Shown here: positions 50,492-58,096 of the stretch, one piece after another
How positions within the stretch are numbered: position 1 is the first letter of the stretch
How the letters are laid out: each line of letters opens with the position of its first letter
IMG/VR virus record: IMGVR_UViG_3300027704_000008
Location: 74,623-138,622 of that record
Source: a virus
Direction: 5' to 3' (one strand)
DNA length: 64,000 bases
Translations under genes and position numbers: made by a program
Notes under the pieces: model-generated
Database searches by the model: none
What the model saw: only the letters and a program-made list of their open reading frames with translations
Told to the model about the DNA's origin: nothing

Positions 50492-50826
50492 GCCCCAAGG
50501 AACATTATGTGAATCACTTATATGGTGTGCTGCAAGAGGAATGCGCTGAGTTGATTATGGCAATCAGTAAGCGCAAACGGTTTGGAGGCAACGATGAAAA
50601 TATTAACCACGAGATAAACGACATCATGGCGGTGGTCGAGATGCTGACCCAGGAAGGAGAGAAAGTGTACGACGACTTTAGCTTGCAGATAGCTAAAGTC
50701 GACAAGGTAAACAAATACTACATTGATACTTTTAACAAGGATTTTCCTATTCCCCCTGACAGGCCATTACGATACTTGCCCAGCAAAATGGGATACGAAT
50801 TTAACCCGGAGGAAGATGAACAATGA
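50488..50826 (+). CDS. MazG-like NTP pyrophosphohydrolase fold
   Basis: LQEEC.EL...ISK..R, E..D. Confidence 0.6.
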   Translation: MSPKEHYVNHLYGVLQEECAELIMAISKRKRFGGNDENINHEINDIMAVVEMLTQEGEKVYDDFSLQIAKVDKVNKYYIDTFNKDFPIPPDRPLRYLPSKMGYEFNPEEDEQ

Positions 50827-51013
50827 ATTTATGGATACTGTTAATACTGCTGGACGGCGGCCATGGCCGAGCAGTGGCTATTGAAACAATAGAATTCTAT
50901 AGCGAATCGAGTTGCTCAATGGCCCGCACGCAGATTGCATATATGGAGAAGACCAATACCCCTGGATCAAGCATGCGGACAAGCTCCGTGTGTATACGTA
51001 AAGGACAAAAGCA

Positions 51014-51439
51014 TTGAAACTTATTGATGGTTTGTTAGACTATCAGACAGCTTGGAGCTTGCCTGATGTGAAATTGTTCACGGGCAACAAAACAATAACC
51101 AAGGACGGTAGGTTGGTCATGGGCCGCGGTGCAGCAAAAGCTGTCCGCGATTTCTATCCTGGGATTGATAAGAGGATAGATACAGGCTGTCCAGTCTCAT
51201 TCACTCAAATTACCGGCAATCAGTTTGTAGGATACTTTTGTGTTAAGGATCACTTTGCTGAATCAGCTGATTTGTCGTTAATCGCCGAGTCCGTTGCTGA
51301 GTTATCAATCGTAGCAAGAGATGTGCAAGCAGTAACCTTTCACCTCAATTATCCTGGAATCGGTGCGGGCGGGTTAGATGTGGAGTCTGTATCCCACATT
51401 ATTAGCGCTCTGCCAGACAACGTGTGGGTATACCAGTGA
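51014..51439 (+). CDS. macro domain (ADP-ribose processing)-like protein
   Basis: N......G.LVMGRG.A, K.H....A...LI, PGIG.GGL. Confidence 0.7.
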   Translation: MKLIDGLLDYQTAWSLPDVKLFTGNKTITKDGRLVMGRGAAKAVRDFYPGIDKRIDTGCPVSFTQITGNQFVGYFCVKDHFAESADLSLIAESVAELSIVARDVQAVTFHLNYPGIGAGGLDVESVSHIISALPDNVWVYQ

Positions 51440-51449
51440 ATCAGAGCGT

Positions 51450-51553
51450 GTAGAATCGCTTCTAAGGCATTTTACACGTCAGGCGGCACCTGGACATCAA
51501 ATGGGGCAGCAATTGCCTTAGAAGCGATTCTACTTATGCCTTTTTGGCATAAG
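51450..51553. repeat. 20-bp perfect inverted repeat (44-nt loop) plus adjacent 8-bp hairpin
   Basis: GTAGAATCGCTTCTAAGGCA 51450-51469 / TGCCTTAGAAGCGATTCTAC 51514-51533; CTTATGCC-T5-GGCATAAG. Confidence 0.9.
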
Positions 51554-51599
51554 AAATGTCATTTATATAACAAATCAATCTAAGAATAACCCTTTATGG

Positions 51600-51669
51600 A
51601 TCAAGGGGTTACAAACCCGCGCGTCCCGTGGTCTTCAAGCTAGCATATTTCCAGGATCTGCTGTATAAT
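51600..51669 (+). repeat. 70-bp promoter repeat type II, copy 2
   Basis: 68/70 identical to 46483-46552. Confidence 0.9.
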
Positions 51670-51703
51670 GACCCCATCAACTAGAGAAATGGACGGACAT
51701 AAT

Positions 51704-52111
51704 ATGTACAAGACCTCTGACGAAGCACTAGACGCCTACCGCGAAGAGCTGTACAGCTACTATAGCGACATCTCTAAGGAAGCGTATGGCTTTCGCTGTC
51801 GTCTCGACTTGAGTGGCATGAGCTGCCACGACATTGATCTCGCTATCGAGCAGATGGAGTTCATGGCAAACGTTGCTCGCGAAGAACAGGAGCAGTATCA
51901 CGATGTTTGTGATGAACGGTTCGAGCGTAACATCGAGAGCATAATTAATCTTGGTGCTAAAGATCGGGCCACCGCGATCCGATGGATCGTTGACGCTAAT
52001 GACCTGGGTGAGGAATGGGATGCTGGATACATCGAGTATTCCTTTGGTCTCACTTATGGTAAGTACAACGAAGAGCTGACACGTTCCATGTTGGAGGTGG
52101 CACATCCGTAA
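51704..52111 (+). CDS. conserved hypothetical early protein
   Basis: YSD..KEAYGFR.R, GA.DR.TAIRW. Confidence 0.65.
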   Translation: MYKTSDEALDAYREELYSYYSDISKEAYGFRCRLDLSGMSCHDIDLAIEQMEFMANVAREEQEQYHDVCDERFERNIESIINLGAKDRATAIRWIVDANDLGEEWDAGYIEYSFGLTYGKYNEELTRSMLEVAHP

Positions 52112-52160
52112 TAATGAACTTAGTGGAGATGTTAATATTATAACAGATACTGATTATCGT

Positions 52161-52532
52161 ATGGTACGCAATGCAATGAGAACACCAGACGGCACATTAT
52201 TGCAAAGCCGACACCGACATGATTATGTTACCCACACTGATGCCAATGGCAAGCAATATGTGCTTGATGGTGGATTAAGTTATGTTCGTTCCAGTGTTAA
52301 TGGCGACGAAGAATGGTTAACTGTTACACTTGCAGATTCCCATGAACAAATTAGAGAAGCATGTGATTGGGGAACATATGGCATTGCCGGCGATCAACCG
52401 CTGTCATATATTACCTTGTGTGATATGACCACTGACCACATTGAAGTAGTCTTAAAGAATGGGCTGTCAATCAATCCAGCAATTAAAATTGCTATGGAAC
52501 ATGAATTGGTGTATCGAAATGGCGAAGAATAA
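52161..52532 (+). CDS. conserved hypothetical phage protein
   Basis: TPDGT.L.S.HRHD, DGG..Y.R, WGTYG. Confidence 0.7.
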   Translation: MVRNAMRTPDGTLLQSRHRHDYVTHTDANGKQYVLDGGLSYVRSSVNGDEEWLTVTLADSHEQIREACDWGTYGIAGDQPLSYITLCDMTTDHIEVVLKNGLSINPAIKIAMEHELVYRNGEE

Positions 52533-52987
52533 ACCGTTGAGTCCCTTGACTTATTGGCATTCAGGATGTATAATAAACCCGGAGTTTGGGAAGCCCCGTA
52601 GGGACATTAAAGGAGAAGTGTATGAGCAATCGCGATAGTGTGATATGTCCTGTGAACTCAATTCAGAGTGAGAACGAAATGGCAGCGCACATAGAGAAAC
52701 TAATAACGGCAGGACAGACGATTGTCCAGTATTGGTGTGACCATGAGTATCTGGTTCCGTCTAAGGTAATCGAAGCTCAAAAATTATTTGGATACGAAAC
52801 TTTTAATGAGGAGAACATCGATGAGTAATCAAAAGCACGCAAACATTTTATTTGACCGCCTCCGCGAACAAGGTGAACACAACATGTTTGGGGTTGCACC
52901 ATTCGCCGAGCAGTTGTTGGGTGTGAGTAAAAGGGAAGCTCGCGAGTTACTGATGAACTGGATGGAGACGTTCGAAGAGCGTCATGC

Positions 52988-53491
52988 ATGAGTGGTCGAT
53001 TTGTAGCTGGGGTGGCACTGATGTGTTTCGGATCCTTATCCTATGCGGATGCGACATATAATCAGGAAGTCAATTGCCTGGCTGAGAACATATACCACGA
53101 ATCGCGAGGTCAAGGGTCAGACGGTAAGAGGGCTGTGGCTGATGTTACCATTAACAGAGTAATCAGCTCACGGTTTCCTAATACAGTGTGCGGAGTGGTA
53201 AGACAGGCACATATGAAGCCATCATGGAAGACGGGCAAACCAACCCCTATCAAAAACAAGTGCCAATTCTCATGGTACTGTGATGGTAAAGATGACACTA
53301 TGAAAAATGTTACTGCCTGGAAGGATAGTCTCAATGTAGCTCATCGAGCTTACTTCTTCCGAATGGAGGCTGATGTTCATAACGATACGGTCGTCGGCGC
53401 GATGTGGTATCATGCAACCCGCGTGACACCATATTGGGCTAGCAGCATGAACAAGGTCACCCAGATACGTAAACACATCTTCTATAAGTGA
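52988..53491 (+). CDS. SleB-like cell wall hydrolase (Hydrolase_2)
   Basis: signal peptide; CLA.NIYHESRG, V.NRV, QFSWYCDG, P.WA, H.FY. Confidence 0.93.
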   Translation: MSGRFVAGVALMCFGSLSYADATYNQEVNCLAENIYHESRGQGSDGKRAVADVTINRVISSRFPNTVCGVVRQAHMKPSWKTGKPTPIKNKCQFSWYCDGKDDTMKNVTAWKDSLNVAHRAYFFRMEADVHNDTVVGAMWYHATRVTPYWASSMNKVTQIRKHIFYK

Positions 53492-53565
53492 GGTGTTGAC
53501 TTGATAACTAGAACGTGTATAATAGACCTATAAATTCATTAATCGTTCCAATTGGAGATGTGTAC

Positions 53566-54216
53566 ATGAACTATGCTGAGATATACAATCAAGTAGATGA
53601 TCTTCTAAGTTCGCGCGATGGTCTCAACAACCCAAAGCACAATAAATCGTACAACGTGTTTGTGAGAGAGCTGACGGGATTGTTGTGTGGTGTTGCTCAT
53701 CAAAACTTTCTCACCGAACGTGATGTGTTACTGTTCATTGCAATGGTTCGCCATAGCAGGATGATGAGTTTTGTTGATGATGGTCGTTCGCATAACGTGA
53801 ACGATTTGATCCATCCGGACATTGTATCCAGCTCAGTGTACCAGGCAGCAGAGTTTGCTCTAATGAACTATAAGCCTGGTAAGACTCAAGTCGGGCCAGG
53901 GGAATTATTCTTTTGTTTATTCGACCGTGATAGCACGTTTGGTATTGATAACCAAGCCGGATACGATATACGAGTTAATGGCATAACACTGGAATTGAAA
54001 AAGTATGGAACCAACTTAACAACTCCAGATCTGTTCGACAAGTATCATAGTAGCGATAAGGTGCGACAGCTGCTGGTTGTCCAGCCAGTGAGTGACGCTA
54101 CAACTCCTAAGTTTAGGTCGCGATACAGCTGCATCACCTTTGATAAGACGCCATGGAGAGATGTATACGAGCATCGAGGCGAAAATGGTAGTCTCATGTT
54201 TCGCGCCGCAGCATAA
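53566..54216 (+). CDS. hypothetical, PD-(D/E)XK-like nuclease fold possible
   Basis: GPGE, D..VNG..LELK; own sigma70 promoter at 53496-53523. Confidence 0.45.
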   Translation: MNYAEIYNQVDDLLSSRDGLNNPKHNKSYNVFVRELTGLLCGVAHQNFLTERDVLLFIAMVRHSRMMSFVDDGRSHNVNDLIHPDIVSSSVYQAAEFALMNYKPGKTQVGPGELFFCLFDRDSTFGIDNQAGYDIRVNGITLELKKYGTNLTTPDLFDKYHSSDKVRQLLVVQPVSDATTPKFRSRYSCITFDKTPWRDVYEHRGENGSLMFRAAA

Positions 54217-54222
54217 TTGAGT

Positions 54223-54230
54223 TATAAATA
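54223..54230 (+). promoter_or_regulatory. T4-type late promoter
   Basis: intergenic TATAAATA; gp55 is encoded in the window. Confidence 0.8.
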
Positions 54231-54272
54231 CACGGAAGCTAATACTACTATGCCTCGGATAAGGATTCAAAA

Positions 54273-55091
54273 ATGGCGTTAAAGGGAGCTTTTGCGGATG
54301 AAGATGCCGCTTACGTTAAGATCAAGAGCAAGCTGGGCAAGTCGGCTAAAGTTTTTCAGAAGCCAGCTGGATCAGATGCTGGATTTCCTGATTACGGGTT
54401 CACCGTCACTTTAGACAATGACGACAAGATAGACCTCCACATCGAGTTTAAGAATTCTCATACTGCACAAATGGGTAGTATGAGAGACTGGAAATTTAAT
54501 GGTAAGGAATTCTACAGCCCCGATAAAAGTAACGAGCAAAAAGCTGAGCTGATAGATTTAATGAACGATACTCCAAAAGCTGTGGCTAACGGCAAACGCA
54601 TCCTTAAAGACCTAAAACAATATTTCTCGAAGGACGTGAAGGAGATATCTTCAGGTTCCCTATCCACAATTAAAGATAAAAAAGCTAGGTATAATGCAAC
54701 ACTGCAATTTGCTGACAACACCCGCGACTACCAAATTGCTGCAATAATTTCATCATCCATGGGCGATAAAATTATTAATCACTATAAGAAAAAATTTGCT
54801 AAGAGTCGAGTCACGTCGAGGGCTAGCGGTCACGTATTAATGATGCAAATAAAAAATGAGATATGGGTTGTTCATAAGTCGGGTAGTGTCAATAAAGCAC
54901 AGCTGATGGAGATAGCCGAGAAGATGGGAGCAACGGGCCCATTTGGTGTACTCAAGGGTCTCACAGCTCAGCTAGAAGTCAGGATTCAACCTCGCGGGTT
55001 GTCGAGTAAAGGATCAAAACCAACCTCTATTGATGTCATGGCATCCTTCAGACTGAAAGGCGCTCCCAAAGGTGGAACCAAGCTCCCGTGA
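54273..55091 (+). CDS. basic protein, PD-(D/E)XK restriction-like fold possible
   Basis: GFPD......HIEFK. Confidence 0.5.
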   Translation: MALKGAFADEDAAYVKIKSKLGKSAKVFQKPAGSDAGFPDYGFTVTLDNDDKIDLHIEFKNSHTAQMGSMRDWKFNGKEFYSPDKSNEQKAELIDLMNDTPKAVANGKRILKDLKQYFSKDVKEISSGSLSTIKDKKARYNATLQFADNTRDYQIAAIISSSMGDKIINHYKKKFAKSRVTSRASGHVLMMQIKNEIWVVHKSGSVNKAQLMEIAEKMGATGPFGVLKGLTAQLEVRIQPRGLSSKGSKPTSIDVMASFRLKGAPKGGTKLP

Positions 55092-56314
55092 AATCATTCA
55101 AGGGTTTTGTTACTGAACAAAAGAACACCCACATGACCCACGTGGAAGATGCTGTGATATACGGGGGCGTCAACGGTACTCGCCAAGCAATTAATGCACT
55201 CCGCGACATGAGAGATATGCTATCAGGATATAACGAAGGATCTGTATCCGTTAAGTGGGATGGCGCACCAGCAATATTTGCTGGCACTGACCCATCCGAT
55301 GGAAAGTTCTTTGTGGCCAAGAAAGGAATCTTCAATAAGAACCCAAAAGTATATAAAACTAAAGCTGACATCGACGCTGATACATCAGGTGACCTAAACG
55401 TCAAGCTTCAGCAGGCTCTCAAGTATCTGCCTGAACTTGGTATCAAGGGTGTCGTCCAGGGCGACTTCTTATACAGTAAATCTGACCTTAGCTTCAAAAC
55501 CATTAATGGAATAAAGTACACCACATTCCATCCTAACACAATCGTGTATGCAGTACCAAACCGCGCCAGTGATCAGAGTAAAGATATACTCAATTCTAAG
55601 ATTGGTGTAGTGTGGCACACTACATATAAAGGTAAATCCTTTGATACTATGACTGCTTCATACGGTGTCAACGTTAAGGCATTCAAAAAGTCCAAAAACG
55701 TGTGGAGTCAGGATGCTATGTTACGAGATCTAACATCCGCAACAATGAGTTCATCTGACACGGACAAAGTTAACGAGTACTTAGACCAGGCCTGGTCATT
55801 GTTTAAACAGATATCAGGATCTGTTATAAAAGAGTTGCATAATAATACCGAGCTAACTAAATTAATTGAAATGTATAATAACTCAATGGTCCGCGACCAA
55901 GTTGTTGTTACTAATACCAAGCGCCACGTTGACGGTTTAATATCGTGGATAGAGAAGAGATACTCAAAAGAGATGGACACTCGCAAGACGCAGAAAGGTA
56001 AAGATGCTGTTGCTGGCCGACTGAAGGAAATTATACAGTTTTTCTCTCCGGGCAACAAAGTTGCACTAAAGAAGTTGTTCGATCTGCAGAAGTTAATTGT
56101 ATTGGCCAAATTAAAACTTATAAATAAACTCAACAACTTATCGAGTGTTGATACTTTCGTTAAGACCAGGAAGGGATATAAAACCACTGGCGCGGAAGGT
56201 TATGTAGCAATAGATAAGATAGGTGGTGGGGCCTTGAAGTTAGTTGATCGAATGGAATTTTCGTTTAACAACTTCTCGCCAAATGTCATCAAGGGTTGGG
56301 ACAAATCCAGCTGA
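55088..56314 (+). CDS. conserved T4-like protein with ligase-type nucleotidyltransferase motifs (DUF6267-like)
   Basis: KNTH.TH.ED, VKWDGAPA, QGD, EGYV, KLVDR; CTS-like MKSFKGFVTE. Confidence 0.75.
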   Translation: MKSFKGFVTEQKNTHMTHVEDAVIYGGVNGTRQAINALRDMRDMLSGYNEGSVSVKWDGAPAIFAGTDPSDGKFFVAKKGIFNKNPKVYKTKADIDADTSGDLNVKLQQALKYLPELGIKGVVQGDFLYSKSDLSFKTINGIKYTTFHPNTIVYAVPNRASDQSKDILNSKIGVVWHTTYKGKSFDTMTASYGVNVKAFKKSKNVWSQDAMLRDLTSATMSSSDTDKVNEYLDQAWSLFKQISGSVIKELHNNTELTKLIEMYNNSMVRDQVVVTNTKRHVDGLISWIEKRYSKEMDTRKTQKGKDAVAGRLKEIIQFFSPGNKVALKKLFDLQKLIVLAKLKLINKLNNLSSVDTFVKTRKGYKTTGAEGYVAIDKIGGGALKLVDRMEFSFNNFSPNVIKGWDKSS

Positions 56315-56356
56315 CATTTAAACATATATTACATGGGACGAACCAGAGGAATTAAA

Positions 56357-57103
56357 ATGGCTAACAAAGAAGCCAAGAAATTAGTATCGCTCAAAACTTT
56401 TCTAAATGTGGATACCAACCCAGGAGAAGATGAGTTCACCGCCGCCAATGCCAAAAAGCGCAAGCAAAACGAAGATGCCTCATCTGAAGAGTTCACTTCT
56501 CACGATATGTGGGATCCTAAGACCGGCGAGAAGAAAACAGCAAAGACTAAAGCTCAGCACTTAGCCCTCAAAGCTAAAGGGTGGGATCACGAACGACCCA
56601 CCAAAGAGCAAGGTGTTGATGAAGAGTTGGGAGACCCTAACTCTGCCGCCAAGAGACCACAAAAATTCAAGAAACCTGATGGTTCAGTGGGTATCAAGAT
56701 GGTCCCCGCGAAACAAAACATTCAGACTGAAGCTCATAGGTACCTCGAATCATTCATAAATGAAACCGAACACTTGGATGAAGTTCTATCAATTTCAGGC
56801 CGCCGCAAGAAAGCTCGCTCTCTAAAGAAGAATAAAGCTAAGATTAAAATGGGCCGCAGAAAGGCTTCCAAGAAGATGGCCGACATTCCCCGATTGAAAA
56901 ACCGAGCTAATAAGCAAGCCCGCTCCGGGATGTTTAAGAAGCTAGCTAAGGGAAAATCTCGAGAGGATATGGGCCCAGCACAACGAGCTCAAATAGAGAA
57001 ACGCCTAGATAAGATGAAGGGCCGAATACAACGCATTGCTAAGAAGTCTATGCCAGCTGTCCGCAAAATGGCTCAAGCCCGTCTCCGACCCGCAAAGAAA
57101 TAA
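56357..57103 (+). CDS. highly basic probable head-internal protein
   Basis: K/R-rich segments separated by VDEE/LDE sites. Confidence 0.6.
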   Translation: MANKEAKKLVSLKTFLNVDTNPGEDEFTAANAKKRKQNEDASSEEFTSHDMWDPKTGEKKTAKTKAQHLALKAKGWDHERPTKEQGVDEELGDPNSAAKRPQKFKKPDGSVGIKMVPAKQNIQTEAHRYLESFINETEHLDEVLSISGRRKKARSLKKNKAKIKMGRRKASKKMADIPRLKNRANKQARSGMFKKLAKGKSREDMGPAQRAQIEKRLDKMKGRIQRIAKKSMPAVRKMAQARLRPAKK

Positions 57104-57109
57104 TATATT

Positions 57110-58096
57110 ATGGCAATTGGATCGTTTAAGCAGTATGTAACAGAAGAAGCCAACGAGGTTTACTTTACCTTCGGCCGCATGAACCCTCCAACAGTGGGTC
57201 ACGGTAAAGTAATGGATATGCTCGCCAAGAAGTCGGGTACCAATCCCTATAAAGTATTTGTCAGTCAAACCCAGGACGCTAAGAAGAATCCTTTATCGTA
57301 TAGCGATAAAGTTAGACACACCCGCAAGATGTTTCCAAAACACGCCCGCAACGTAATGATCAATAAGAAGGTCCGTACAGCAATCGATGCGATCACTTCT
57401 CTGTACGATGAAGGTCACGTAAACGTTGTCCTCGTCGTCGGGTCCGACCGCGTACGCGAGTTTGATGCTCTGCTTAATAAGTACAACGGTGTCAAGGCTC
57501 GACACGGATTCTATAACTTTAAATCTATCAAAGTAATTAGTGCTGGTGAACGTGATCCAGACGCATCCGGTGTTGAAGGTATGTCCGCCAGCAAGCAGAG
57601 ATCCAATGCACAAAATAACGACTTTGCGGCATTTAGTCAGGGAGTACCAACAGCCCTTTCCAATAAAGACACCCGCAAGCTATTCAACGATGTGCGTAAA
57701 GGGTTGGGTCTTAAAGAAGAGATCGTATTCAAAAATCACATTGAACTAGATAAGGTGTCTGATACCCGAGAGCAGTATATTAGGGGCGACTTATACTCCC
57801 TAGGGGACAGGGTACGGGTTAAAGAGAGTGGATCAGACGGAACCGTCAGCTGGCTGGGAACAAACTATTTAATGATAGATCTTGATGAAGGTGGCAGATC
57901 CCGTAAGTGGGTTGACGCTGTACAGCACATTGATGAAGTAATGGTCGGTAAACCCGACGCGCTTTCGAAGGCTAAAGATAAAATTGCTGCCGAGAAAGCC
58001 GTCGATAAAGAGAAGCATAAGAAGATTATGGCCCGCGCTCGTATTGCCCGCGCCCACAATAAAAATAGAATATCGAAACCAGGAGAAAAGGGTTGA
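57110..58096 (+). CDS. cytidylyltransferase-like (HIGH superfamily) protein
   Basis: FGRMNPPTVGH, KNPL, VVGSDR, SAG.RDPD, MSAS; CTS-like SFKQYVTE. Confidence 0.88.
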   Translation: MAIGSFKQYVTEEANEVYFTFGRMNPPTVGHGKVMDMLAKKSGTNPYKVFVSQTQDAKKNPLSYSDKVRHTRKMFPKHARNVMINKKVRTAIDAITSLYDEGHVNVVLVVGSDRVREFDALLNKYNGVKARHGFYNFKSIKVISAGERDPDASGVEGMSASKQRSNAQNNDFAAFSQGVPTALSNKDTRKLFNDVRKGLGLKEEIVFKNHIELDKVSDTREQYIRGDLYSLGDRVRVKESGSDGTVSWLGTNYLMIDLDEGGRSRKWVDAVQHIDEVMVGKPDALSKAKDKIAAEKAVDKEKHKKIMARARIARAHNKNRISKPGEKG

